Translations under genes and position numbers: made by a program
DNA from: Magnetospiraceae bacterium
GTDB taxonomy: Bacteria; Pseudomonadota; Alphaproteobacteria; Rhodospirillales; JBMYUJ01
Length of the DNA: 64,000 nt
Reading direction: 5' to 3'
NCBI GenBank assembly: GCA_049605255.1
Contig: JBMYUJ010000003.1
Span: forward strand, 5,063-69,062
Shown: in pieces, positions 52,720 to 61,720 of the stretch
Position numbering within the stretch: the first letter of the stretch is position 1
Layout: each line of letters begins with the position of its first letter
The notes under the pieces: generated by a model
What the model was told of the DNA's origin: nothing
What the model saw: only the letters and a program-made list of their open reading frames with translations
Database searches by the model: none

Positions 52720-53724
52720 TTATGCCTCCAACCAGCTAGGAACGGGTAAGCCCTTTTCGGCGAGGAAAGCCGGGTTATACAGCTTGCTCTGATAGCGGGC
52801 GCCCAGGTCGCACAGGATGGTAACGATGGTATGGCCGGGCCCCAGTTCCCTGGCCATGCGCACCGCCCCGGCCAGATTGATGCCGGTGGATCCGCCCAGG
52901 ATCAGCCCTTCCTTCACCACCATGTCGAACAGGATGGTCATCGCCTCGTCATCGGGGATCTGATAGGCGGTATCGATGGGGGCGTCCTTCAGGTTGGCCG
53001 TGATGCGCCCCTGGCCAATCCCTTCGGTGACCGAACCGCCGACTGCCTTCAGTTCCCCATTGATGTAGTAATTGTAGAGGGCAGAGCCCAGGGGGTCCGA
53101 CAGCGCCGTGCGGATGTCCGGGTTTTTCTCCTTCAGATAGGTGCAGATCCCGGCCAGGGTACCGCCAGTGCCGACGGAACAGGTGAACCCATCCACCGTG
53201 CCATCGGTCTGATCCCAGATCTCTGGACCCGTGGACTGATAATGGCCGTCCCGGTTGGCCACATTGTCGAACTGGTTGGCCCAGATGGCGCCGTTGGGCT
53301 CGGTCTTGGCCAGGTCCTCGGCGATCCGCTGAGACACATGCACATAGTTTCCCGGGTCCTTATAGGGCACGGCGGGCACCAGCCGCAGATCCGCGCCGCA
53401 AGACCGCAAGGTGTCTTTCTTCTCCTGGCTTTGGGTCTCCGGCATAACGATCACGGTGCGATAGCCAAGCGCATTGCCGACCAGGGAAAGGCCGATCCCG
53501 GTATTCCCCGCGGTGCCTTCCACGATTACGCCACCGGGCCGCAACAGGCCCCGCGCTTCCGCATCCGCAACGATATACTTCGCCGCCCGGTCCTTCACCG
53601 ACCCGCCGGGGTTCAGGAATTCCGCTTTGCCCAGAATGGTACAGCCCGTCGCCGCCGACAGGCTGCGGAGCTTGATCAGCGGCGTATTGCCGACGATGTC
53701 GAGAAATCCTTGGGCAATTTTCAT
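52720..53724 (-). CDS. PLP-dependent cysteine synthase / cystathionine beta-synthase-like enzyme (no CBS-pair domains)
   Basis: The product has GNTPL, LNPGGSVKDR (PLP lysine), GNTGIG and SVGTGGT. The TEGIGQG loop resembles the CBS catalytic core more than CysK. Confidence 0.85.
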   Translation of the reverse strand: MKIAQGFLDIVGNTPLIKLRSLSAATGCTILGKAEFLNPGGSVKDRAAKYIVADAEARGLLRPGGVIVEGTAGNTGIGLSLVGNALGYRTVIVMPETQSQEKKDTLRSCGADLRLVPAVPYKDPGNYVHVSQRIAEDLAKTEPNGAIWANQFDNVANRDGHYQSTGPEIWDQTDGTVDGFTCSVGTGGTLAGICTYLKEKNPDIRTALSDPLGSALYNYYINGELKAVGGSVTEGIGQGRITANLKDAPIDTAYQIPDDEAMTILFDMVVKEGLILGGSTGINLAGAVRMARELGPGHTIVTILCDLGARYQSKLYNPAFLAEKGLPVPSWLEA

Positions 53725-53795
53725 CGCAGGGGGCCAGGAGCTAATGGGAGTGTCCTAAAAAAGGTGGGGAAGACTAGCGGGGCAGGCAATCGGTT

Positions 53796-54413
53796 TCAAG
53801 GTTGACGGCGCCATTTTTCACGGAATTCCGCATGGCGCGCCCGGAAAAGCAGGATGCCGATCAGCGCGGTGGCGTTGATAATCTCGCCCGCGTCCAGCAT
53901 GGTAAAGACGTCCTCGACCCCGATGGCGGTGACGCGGATATCCTCATGCTCTTCCGCCAGGCCATGCACACCGCCCACAGTGGCGCTGTCCACTTGCCCG
54001 CAAAACAGGGCGATGGACTCCGACGATCCTCCGGGGGTCACCAGAAAGGAGATCAGCGGTTCCAGCGCCTGCACCGGGCAATTGGCTTCCTCCACCACTT
54101 CGCGGCGGATCACCTCCTCCGCCGTTTCACCGTCTTCGATGATGCCGGCCACGATCTCCCACATCCAGGGGTGCCAGCCCGCCGCATGGGCACCGACCCT
54201 GAACTGTTCAATCATCACCAACTGATCGAGATCCGCATCATACAGCACGACCGCTGCCGCATGGCCGCGCTCGAAAACTTCCCGCTGCATTATGCCTGTA
54301 AAGCCGCCTTCATAGGTGCGGTGGCGCAATCTATACTGGTCGACCTGAAAATAACCCTTGAAAGGCGTGGTTTTTTCAACGACGTCAACGGTGGGATCCT
54401 TGGGACCGGGCAT
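53796..54413 (-). CDS. nudF: ADP-ribose pyrophosphatase (NUDIX)
   Basis: The product has the NUDIX box GIIEDGETAEEVIRREVVEEANC and the NudF-like N-terminal region. Confidence 0.8.
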   Translation of the reverse strand: MPGPKDPTVDVVEKTTPFKGYFQVDQYRLRHRTYEGGFTGIMQREVFERGHAAAVVLYDADLDQLVMIEQFRVGAHAAGWHPWMWEIVAGIIEDGETAEEVIRREVVEEANCPVQALEPLISFLVTPGGSSESIALFCGQVDSATVGGVHGLAEEHEDIRVTAIGVEDVFTMLDAGEIINATALIGILLFRARHAEFREKWRRQP

Positions 54414-54531
54414 GGCTTCCTCGAGGACGATGTGAGTGAGAGTGTTAATGATACGCCGTCTATAGAGGATTGCGCCCGTTGAGGCCAGCCTCCCGGCAGG
54501 CGACCTGCATAAGACAGAGGATGATTGGCCG

Positions 54532-55770
54532 ATGAATAACGAACGCAGCGAGAAAATCGAATTTCCAGGCGCGATGGGGAAGATGCTGGCGGCACGCCTG
54601 GACTTGCCCGCCGGGGAACCCCTGGCCTATGCCCTTTTTGCCCACTGCTTTACCTGTTCGAAGGAGATTTATGCGGCGGCGCGGGTCTCGGCGGCGCTCA
54701 CCGCCCATGGAATCGGTGTGCTGCGGTTCGATTTTACCGGGCTTGGCAGCTCGGAAGGGGAATTCGCCAATACCAACTTTACCTCCAACACCCAGGATAT
54801 CTTGCAAGCAGCGGCTTATCTGCGAGAGCATCACCAGGCGCCGAAAATCCTGATTGGCCATTCCTTTGGTGGGGCCGCCATGCTGGCGGTGGCCGGGCAA
54901 ATCGAGGAGGCCGTGGCGGTCGCCACCATCGGGGCGCCCAGCGACCCCGCGCATGTCACCCATCTGTTCGAGGGCAAATTGGAGGAAATCGAACAGCAAG
55001 GGTCCGCCCTGGTCCGATTGGCCGGGCGACCCTTCACGATCTCCCAGCAGTTCGTAGAGGATATCGCCGAGCAGAAAATGACCGAGGCCATTGGCGAGAT
55101 GCGCAAGGCCCTGCTGATTTTCCATGCGCCTTTGGACGGTATCGTGGGGGTGGAGAATGCCGCCCGTATTTTCCGGGCCGCGAAGCATCCCAAAAGCTTC
55201 GTGTCGCTGGATGATGCAGACCATCTGCTGTCCCGCCGGGTAGACGCGGAATATGTGGCGCAGGTGATTTCCAGTTGGGCCTCCCGCTATTTGGGCGAGG
55301 CGGCCAAAGCCCATCGGCCCCGGGTGGTTGCGGAAAACGGTTATGTGACCGTGGCGGAAACCGGCGAGGGCAAATTCGCCAACGCGGTGGCGGTGGGGGA
55401 AAAACATTATTTCCTGGCCGATGAACCCTTGGCGGCGGGGGGCACGGATACGGGGCCGGGGCCCTATGATTTCCTGATGGCGGGGCTGGGGTCCTGCACC
55501 GCCATGACCCTGCGCATGTATGCAGAGCATAAGGGTCTGCCCCTGGACCGGGTGACGGTGACCCTGCATCATGGCAAAATCCATGCGAAGGATTGCCGGG
55601 AATGTGAATCGACAACCGGGCGGGTGGATCGTATCGACCGGCAGATCAAAATCGAGGGGCCTGAATTGACCGACGCGGAGCGGGCGAGATTGTTGGAAAT
55701 CGCCGATAAATGCCCCGTGCATAAAACCCTGCATTCGGAGGTTCTGATCGTCACGGAAGCGGCGGAATAG
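54532..55770 (+). CDS. Bifunctional alpha/beta-hydrolase / OsmC-family protein
   Basis: The N-terminal hydrolase domain has the GHSFGG nucleophile elbow. The C-terminal OsmC/Ohr-like domain has GSCTAMT and CPVHKTL. Confidence 0.8.
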   Translation: MNNERSEKIEFPGAMGKMLAARLDLPAGEPLAYALFAHCFTCSKEIYAAARVSAALTAHGIGVLRFDFTGLGSSEGEFANTNFTSNTQDILQAAAYLREHHQAPKILIGHSFGGAAMLAVAGQIEEAVAVATIGAPSDPAHVTHLFEGKLEEIEQQGSALVRLAGRPFTISQQFVEDIAEQKMTEAIGEMRKALLIFHAPLDGIVGVENAARIFRAAKHPKSFVSLDDADHLLSRRVDAEYVAQVISSWASRYLGEAAKAHRPRVVAENGYVTVAETGEGKFANAVAVGEKHYFLADEPLAAGGTDTGPGPYDFLMAGLGSCTAMTLRMYAEHKGLPLDRVTVTLHHGKIHAKDCRECESTTGRVDRIDRQIKIEGPELTDAERARLLEIADKCPVHKTLHSEVLIVTEAAE

Positions 55771-56208
55771 GTGGTACGGCTCGGCCCCCGATCCACCTCG
55801 GGCGTGGTTTTCGCGCGGCTCGGCGTCGCATTGGCGGTGGGGCTCGCGCTGCTGATTGTGGGCATCCCGCCTTTGGTGCGGGGCGTCGCTGCCGTGGCCA
55901 CGGGTCAGAAGGCCAAGGCCCAGGTGGTGCGGGAGGGCGGCGCCCTTTATTACCGTCATGAACGGGGAGACGGTGCCGATACCCGCTATTACTTCATTCC
56001 GGCAGGCGGGATAGAACGCCCCTGGGATCATAAACCGGGGGATGCGGTTACGGTTTACGTCGACTCGGCAGACCCGACCCAAGGCATGCAGGGCGATGCA
56101 GTATCGCTGATTGCCGGGCCCGCGCTCATGGTGTTCTTGGGGCTGGCGGGGGTCTATTTCGGTGTTACTGGATTGGTGCAACGACGCAGAGAATTGCGGC
56201 GGTCATAA
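55771..56208 (+). CDS. DUF3592-like two-TM membrane protein
   Basis: The GTG start immediately abuts the preceding stop. The product has an N-terminal TM, a beta-rich middle region (PGDAVTVYVD) and a C-terminal TM. Confidence 0.55.
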   Translation: MVRLGPRSTSGVVFARLGVALAVGLALLIVGIPPLVRGVAAVATGQKAKAQVVREGGALYYRHERGDGADTRYYFIPAGGIERPWDHKPGDAVTVYVDSADPTQGMQGDAVSLIAGPALMVFLGLAGVYFGVTGLVQRRRELRRS

Positions 56209-56217
56209 ACCGGCGCC

Positions 56218-56850
56218 TCAACTTTCTCCTTCTTTCTTGGGCCAGAGTTTTTCCGCCAAAGCGATCGGGAACCAGCGGCAGAGATACACTTCCGTATCAT
56301 CAGGATAAACCTCGATCTCCACCGTCAGATCATCATCGTCGATGCCGGTAAGTTCATAATATTCGAAGGCTTCCCAGGATTTCCCCGTCCCGGATTTGAA
56401 CTTGGACCGCAGGCAATCCACGCTTTCCCGATATCCTTCCGGGTCGATCCAGGGCTGGAGCTCCTCGGCGATATTCTGCACCGGAATATCCTTGGTGTAG
56501 CCTTCGCCAAAGAGGCTGCCGAACGCTTCCATATCGAAAGTTGATTCCACCTCCCGGCGTTTTAGGCGACGCGACACCACGATCCCCGCCTCCCCATCGG
56601 ATCGGTCCACGCTGAACCCCAGGGTAATGCCCCGCCGGGTGATGATGAAGGAGGGCTCCGCACCATCGCCATAATCCACGGCGTTGGCTTCCTCCACCTT
56701 GAACAGGCCACCGCTGATGGCGGGCAGGGGCGCCTCGCCAAACTCCACGAAATCACCGACGGTTAATTCCTCCGGTTTGGTGAGGCTGCGTTTGGGCGGC
56801 GGCGGCGTCGATGGGCCGGGTTTTAATTTGTTGCGGATTTTGTCGAACAT
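56218..56850 (-). CDS. YjfK/DUF4178-like cytoplasmic protein (operon gene 6)
   Basis: The ATG at 56850 shares one base with the TGA of the upstream aminopropyltransferase gene. The 210-aa acidic protein has W.AFEYYEL...DDDLTVEIEV, which resembles DUF4178/DUF2491 signatures, but the assignment is tentative. The upstream 91 codons of the 301-aa ORF overlap the upstream gene and are rejected. Confidence 0.6.
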   Translation of the reverse strand: MFDKIRNKLKPGPSTPPPPKRSLTKPEELTVGDFVEFGEAPLPAISGGLFKVEEANAVDYGDGAEPSFIITRRGITLGFSVDRSDGEAGIVVSRRLKRREVESTFDMEAFGSLFGEGYTKDIPVQNIAEELQPWIDPEGYRESVDCLRSKFKSGTGKSWEAFEYYELTGIDDDDLTVEIEVYPDDTEVYLCRWFPIALAEKLWPKKEGES

Positions 56851-58619
56851 CAGTCTTCCTTTGTCTGCGTCGGCACCGGGCCCGCGCCGGTGACCTTGAT
56901 TTCCCGCTGCCCCCAGGCTTTTTGGTGCAGCAGATACATACGGTGGCTGCCCAGGGTGTTGGGCTCCAACCCCTCCGCCGCCGCCAGGAACCCTTCCGGG
57001 AATTCGTAGGCGGCCTTTAGGAAAGATTTTGTCGCCCAGAACCCGCTTGGCAAGGGGTGTGTGGACTCTGCCAGGCGCTGGCTGGCGGGCCGCCCCTGGG
57101 GCACCGCGATGGTCCAGCCCCATTCGCCGAAGCTGGGCACATTGGCATGGTAGCGCTCCACCGAGCCGAAACCGGCGGCCTCCAAAGTAACGCCGACGGT
57201 CAAAAAGGCATCCCGCGCGTGGTAGGGACTGGTGGATTGGATGGCGATGGCCCCATCCCCGGCCAGCGCCTGGCGCAGCTTGGCGTAGAACCGGGCGCTG
57301 TAAAGCTTGTTGAGGTTCGGGTGGCTGGGGTCGGGCAGATCGACGATGATGGTATCGAACCGTTTCCCCTCCCGCAAAATCTGATCAATGCTGTTATAGG
57401 CATCACCGAGAATGACCTGCACCCGCGGGTCCTTGAAGCTGCGGTTGGAAATCTCCAGCAAGCGTTCATTGATCACCCGCCCTTCTAGGGCCACGGGCTC
57501 GGAAAAAAGGCGGATCATCTGTTGATCCAGTTCCAGCACGGTCACCTGGTCCGGGTGCCAACGCAGAATATCCCGCACCGCCATGCCGTCGCCGCCGCCA
57601 ATCACGAGAATATCCTTGTTGCGGGCGGACGCCAGCAAGGGCGGGCCCACCAGCATGGCATGGTAGACCGCTTCATCACAGGTGCAGAATTGCAGCCGTC
57701 CATTCAAGAACAGGGAGAATTGGGCGGGCATGTCGGGCGCCGTGCGCCGTTCGGTCAGGGTGATATGTTGAAAATCCGTGCTCTTTGAAAAGATGACCCG
57801 GTCTTCATAGAGCAGGTTCTCCAGGGATTGCCGCCAATCGGCCACATTAAAGCTCAGGAACAGCAGAAACAGCCCGATGAGGCCATGGGCCCCGGCGAAG
57901 AGGCGGGGATGGCGCACATGACGCCAGCGCAGGATCAAGAAGGCCAAGCCGACGGTCAGATTCGCGGCGGCAACCCAGAGGGCCGCCCGCTCCGGCGGCA
58001 CGGCCAGTAAAATGGCGACGAAAATCGCCGCCCCAACCCCGGCGCCGATATAATCCAGCCCATAGACCGTACCCGTATTATGTTCCAAATGGGCCTGATA
58101 CAGCCGTTCGCGCACCCGGGCGATCAGGGGAATTTCCATGCCCACCCCGGCGCCCAGCACGAAGCCCGCCACATAGGGGAAGTATTTCGCCCATGTTTCC
58201 AGATGGTGGGACAGGCCACCATGGGGCACGGCATCGAAGGGCATGCCAAAATTGGCGGCGATCAGGCGCGGCAGCTCCGCAACGAAGGCAAACATGCCGG
58301 CAATCATCAAAACCGCCGTGGCGCCGATCAGGGCGATGGCCAGTTCCAAAACCACGAAGGCGGTTTCCGGGTCTTTCAGCCGCTTTGCGGCCAGGGCGCC
58401 CACCCCCATGGAGACAATCATCACCCCGATCATGGTGAAGATGGCATGTTCCATCAGGCCGATCACCCGGCCCGCGTAATGGGACAGCAAATATTCGTAG
58501 ATCAATCCGGCCCCGGCGAGGACCATCATGATCAGCAGGATGGCCGCATCCTTGAGGCGGGCCTTTTGCAGGTCTGTTCGATGCATGGAGGAGGCCGATA
58601 CGGGCGGAACGGGTCGCAT
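56850..58619 (-). CDS. Membrane-anchored polyamine aminopropyltransferase (spermidine/spermine synthase-like, paralog 2) (operon gene 5)
   Basis: The 589-aa product has about 7-8 N-terminal TM helices. The C-terminal SpeE fold has intact VIGGGDG, LELD and IIVDLPDPSHP..LYS..FY motifs. Confidence 0.8.
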   Translation of the reverse strand: MRPVPPVSASSMHRTDLQKARLKDAAILLIMMVLAGAGLIYEYLLSHYAGRVIGLMEHAIFTMIGVMIVSMGVGALAAKRLKDPETAFVVLELAIALIGATAVLMIAGMFAFVAELPRLIAANFGMPFDAVPHGGLSHHLETWAKYFPYVAGFVLGAGVGMEIPLIARVRERLYQAHLEHNTGTVYGLDYIGAGVGAAIFVAILLAVPPERAALWVAAANLTVGLAFLILRWRHVRHPRLFAGAHGLIGLFLLFLSFNVADWRQSLENLLYEDRVIFSKSTDFQHITLTERRTAPDMPAQFSLFLNGRLQFCTCDEAVYHAMLVGPPLLASARNKDILVIGGGDGMAVRDILRWHPDQVTVLELDQQMIRLFSEPVALEGRVINERLLEISNRSFKDPRVQVILGDAYNSIDQILREGKRFDTIIVDLPDPSHPNLNKLYSARFYAKLRQALAGDGAIAIQSTSPYHARDAFLTVGVTLEAAGFGSVERYHANVPSFGEWGWTIAVPQGRPASQRLAESTHPLPSGFWATKSFLKAAYEFPEGFLAAAEGLEPNTLGSHRMYLLHQKAWGQREIKVTGAGPVPTQTKED

Positions 58620-58642
58620 GCCCAGGCTGAGCGCCGATTACA

Positions 58643-59533
58643 TCAGCTATTCACCGCCAACATGGCAAGGCCGAGGGCGGTATAGACCGCCGCCTGCACG
58701 GCGCCGATGGCCACATTGCCCTGGCGATCCACCTCGTCTTGTAAATCGATGCCCCAGAGAAGAATCCGCTCCGCGATCATCGACAAGATCGCTAGCACCA
58801 TCAAGCTGACCACCGCCACCAGGATCCAAGACCCGAACACCCAGATCACCGCCGAGGGATCAAACGGGGCCAGATTGAGGGCGCTGGAGATGGCGAAGGC
58901 GGCGGCGATGCGATAGCCGCTGAAGCGCAGGGCGAGGGCCGTATTACCGCCCCGGATGGTTTCCATCAGCGGCGCCTGGCCGGTGCGCGAATGCAATTTG
59001 ATCCGGTAAAAGGAGACCAGGCTGAGCAGGGCTTGGCTGACCAAGAAGCTGCCCAGGCCGACCAAGGCTGTCACCAATCCGCCATCCTGCACCCAATCCA
59101 GCACCGCGCGCACGATCAGGGCGGTGGCGATGGCATTGCCCGCATCGGTCATGGCGACGGCGATATTTCCGGCGCGCAGTTCATCGCGCACCGCGAAGCT
59201 GGACATGGAAACCTTGTCGAACACCGCATGTGCGGCAAACACCATGGCCAATCCGGCAACGCCATAGGCGAGCACCAGGACGGCTTCGTTGGCTGGGGAC
59301 GCGGCGGCATCCCCCGCCAGCACACCGGTGAGCAATATCCCCATGGCGAACACCCCACCCGCCAACACGATCCCGAAGGCCGGATTATCTCGCTGCGCCA
59401 GTTCTTCCGATGGATTGACCCGCGCGACGGCGCCCATCATGAAGCGCATGGCCACCAAAAGGGCGGCGCCGATCACCAAATCAATGGCCAGGATCAGCAG
59501 ATAGTTGGCGTTTAAACCCATGTAAGACAACAT
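58643..59533 (-). CDS. Polytopic membrane protein with four DUF350 (YjfL)-type repeats (operon gene 4)
   Basis: The 296-aa product has four spaced repeats: QRDNPAFGIVLAGG, LRAGNIAVAMTDAG, IRGGNTALALRFSG and DRQGNVAIGAVQAA. Each repeat precedes a TM hairpin. An AGAGGGA SD precedes the start. Confidence 0.7.
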   Translation of the reverse strand: MLSYMGLNANYLLILAIDLVIGAALLVAMRFMMGAVARVNPSEELAQRDNPAFGIVLAGGVFAMGILLTGVLAGDAAASPANEAVLVLAYGVAGLAMVFAAHAVFDKVSMSSFAVRDELRAGNIAVAMTDAGNAIATALIVRAVLDWVQDGGLVTALVGLGSFLVSQALLSLVSFYRIKLHSRTGQAPLMETIRGGNTALALRFSGYRIAAAFAISSALNLAPFDPSAVIWVFGSWILVAVVSLMVLAILSMIAERILLWGIDLQDEVDRQGNVAIGAVQAAVYTALGLAMLAVNS

Positions 59534-59551
59534 TTCGCGATCCCTCTTTGA

Positions 59552-60526
59552 TTACTTGCCGCCGGAGCTGCCGCCGGACCGGGTCGAAGCCCGGTAGCTG
59601 CTGCTGGCGCTGTTGGAATATGAACTGCCGTAGGTGGACACGGTCCGTGGGCCGCTGGTGGCCGCTTGCGTGCTGGTCCGGCTAAACGGGGGCACGCCAG
59701 ACGCCGTGCGCCCGGCGCGGGGGGGTGGCGGAGGGGGCACGCTGGTATTGGTGCGTGTGGCAAAGGAGGAGGGCGTGCGCCCCGTCTGCTTGCCATATTG
59801 CTTGATAGACCCCCACGAAGAAGACATCCGCCCCACCTCGCTTTGCCGCCAAGTGGCACTGCCGTAGCGGTTTTGATACCGATCGTATCGATAAGACCAA
59901 GGCCGGTCATAATACCAGCCGGAATAGCTCCAGCGGCCCGGCCCCATGATGGGGGCATAGATCGGGTGCCAGTACCAATAGGTGGACCCGGAAGATGTTC
60001 GGGTCCATTGCCCGTAATGGGAATTTCCCACCAACCTGTCGCCCGGAAGGCCCACCTTGTCCTCCGGCACATCGAGGGGTTTAAGCGCGCCTTTGGTCAT
60101 GGCGGCGATGGTATTGATCTCATCGACCAGTCCCGCATCCACGTTCTTTTCCGTGGCGGCTTCGGTCAGCAGACGCATCCAGGTTACAGCTTGCGCCGAG
60201 TCGACGCGGTTCTGATTGACGTTCCGCAGGATGCGGTTACTGCGGGCCTGCAGGTCTTTCAGGATCGGATTTCTGGTTTTTGTGCCCGCGGCGGCCAACC
60301 AATCAATATCCTTCGCCCGGTCGGGCAGGAGTTCTTTTGCCTTGGTCGCGTATTCCGTCAGCTTTTTGTCATAGGGCAGAACGTCCTGATCCAGCTTGTC
60401 GCCAACGGCCACGATGTCTTTGTTGAGTTCGGCGGAGAGCTGCTTGATCTCATCAATATTCGGGTCCGAACAGGCGGTTGTGACCAAAAGCGCCAACGCC
60501 GCCACAATCGGGGATGTCCATCGCAT
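59552..60526 (-). CDS. Lipoprotein with helical N-domain and Trp/Tyr/Ser/Arg-rich, poly-Pro C-terminal region (operon gene 3)
   Basis: The ATG at 60526 follows an AGGAGG SD and gives MRWTSPIVAALALLVTTAC (lipobox). The C-terminal half has YWYWHPIY, GWYYDRPWSYRYDRYQNRY and PPPPPP, followed by a Ser-rich tail ending RSGGSSGGK. The composition is reminiscent of YjfM/DUF1190, but the assignment is tentative. Confidence 0.6.
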   Translation of the reverse strand: MRWTSPIVAALALLVTTACSDPNIDEIKQLSAELNKDIVAVGDKLDQDVLPYDKKLTEYATKAKELLPDRAKDIDWLAAAGTKTRNPILKDLQARSNRILRNVNQNRVDSAQAVTWMRLLTEAATEKNVDAGLVDEINTIAAMTKGALKPLDVPEDKVGLPGDRLVGNSHYGQWTRTSSGSTYWYWHPIYAPIMGPGRWSYSGWYYDRPWSYRYDRYQNRYGSATWRQSEVGRMSSSWGSIKQYGKQTGRTPSSFATRTNTSVPPPPPPRAGRTASGVPPFSRTSTQAATSGPRTVSTYGSSYSNSASSSYRASTRSGGSSGGK

Positions 60527-60557
60527 AGGGTTCCGTCCTCCTGGGTCGCGCTGTGTA

Positions 60558-61655
60558 TTAGGCACCGGCTAACCCCTGTTCCGTTTCCCGAAAGGCGGCG
60601 AAGGCGGTTTCCGGCACCAGGATGTAGATCGCTTGCGCGTCCACCCGGTCTGATCCTTTCAAATCGGCCCGTACCGAGCCGTCGGCGCATTCGATGGCGA
60701 TGGGGGTGCCAAGATCACGCCCGACCAGATCGCCCACCACCTCGGCCCAAGATGTGTTCTTGAACGGCATGGCAAGACGCATGCATTCCTCGCCGTTGGA
60801 ATCCCACAGGGCCTCGATGATCTGTTCGGCGCCCGGCGAGATGATGGCCCGCACCAGCAATTCCGGATAGGCCCGGATCGGCTTGATCACGGAATGCACG
60901 CCAAGAGTCTCCAACCGGGTCCGGATCTGCGGATCATAGGTTTCCGCCAGAATGCGCCGGTCGCCGGAAACCCCTTGCGACATCAATTGATGGCAGACAT
61001 CAAACACCAGGCTATCGGAATGGGTCGCGTCATCGACAGACAAGACCGCCACCGTATGGGCGGCCCGCACATTGGCCCTGTCCAGCACCGCCATATCGTT
61101 GGGCGCGCCGCCCACCAGCTTCACCCCGCGTGATACCAAACCGGGGGGCAGGCCCTCGGGCAACTGATCGCTGACCACGATGACGGGACGGTCTCGGTGG
61201 TCGGTATGCGAACTGGAGAGTTCGCCCAACACCTGCACGAAATAGCGTTCGCCGTTGGTGCCGGGGAAGTTGATAAAGACGATATGGTCTTCCATACGCA
61301 CCCTCACATGGCCTCTTCTTTTGCGGTCGCGCCGATCAATCACAAATTCGACAATGAGGCTCGTGATGTAGCCTACGGCGGGGATTGCGGGGATGTAAAT
61401 AAAAAGAACGGTGATGATCCGGCCCAGGCCGCTTCCCGGCGCGAGGTCGCCAAACCCCACCGTGGTGCCGGCGGTGGCTGTGAACCAGAGGGCATCGTCA
61501 AAGGTCCAGCCCTCTACCTCCGAGATCAGCAGTGCGTGCAACACCGCAATCATCAGGAGCAGGATCAACACCATGACCGCATCGCGCATGGGATTGCCAA
61601 TAATCCCCGCGCGCCGCATCCGGCTCAGTCCCTTGAGGAGTTTAAAGATGATCAA
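60558..61655 (-). CDS. Two-TM potassium channel with C-terminal RCK/TrkA-like domain (operon gene 2)
   Basis: The product has the selectivity filter TVGFGD flanked by two TM helices. The cytoplasmic domain begins HIVFINFPGTNGERY, so it has an RCK-like topology without a canonical GxGxxG. The start is a TTG at 61655, or a downstream ATG. Confidence 0.8.
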   Translation of the reverse strand: MIIFKLLKGLSRMRRAGIIGNPMRDAVMVLILLLMIAVLHALLISEVEGWTFDDALWFTATAGTTVGFGDLAPGSGLGRIITVLFIYIPAIPAVGYITSLIVEFVIDRRDRKRRGHVRVRMEDHIVFINFPGTNGERYFVQVLGELSSSHTDHRDRPVIVVSDQLPEGLPPGLVSRGVKLVGGAPNDMAVLDRANVRAAHTVAVLSVDDATHSDSLVFDVCHQLMSQGVSGDRRILAETYDPQIRTRLETLGVHSVIKPIRAYPELLVRAIISPGAEQIIEALWDSNGEECMRLAMPFKNTSWAEVVGDLVGRDLGTPIAIECADGSVRADLKGSDRVDAQAIYILVPETAFAAFRETEQGLAGA

Positions 61656-61720
61656 TGGTCGCCCCCATCTAGCCTATTCAGCCAAGGTTGGCGGCGGAAA
61701 TCAAGGTTGCATATGGTGAA

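Noticed and set aside
54460-56181. A 573-aa minus-strand ORF antisense to the hydrolase-OsmC and DUF3592 genes. Similar long antisense ORFs occur at 1722-2888, 16049-17395, 18246-19316, 20205-21362, 25019-26134 and 26406-27380.
   Set aside because: The reasoning is the same. Each lies opposite a gene with strong family signatures (ispG, nuoD, nuoF, nuoG, nuoL, nuoM). Each has the biased R/H/G/P composition of non-coding frames.
56851-57123. The N-terminal 91 codons of the 301-aa ORF 56218..57123.
   Set aside because: This extension overlaps the 3' end of the aminopropyltransferase gene in another frame and is Gly/Pro/Arg-rich. The internal ATG at 56850 forms a classic TGATG stop-start junction, so the shorter 210-aa product is called.
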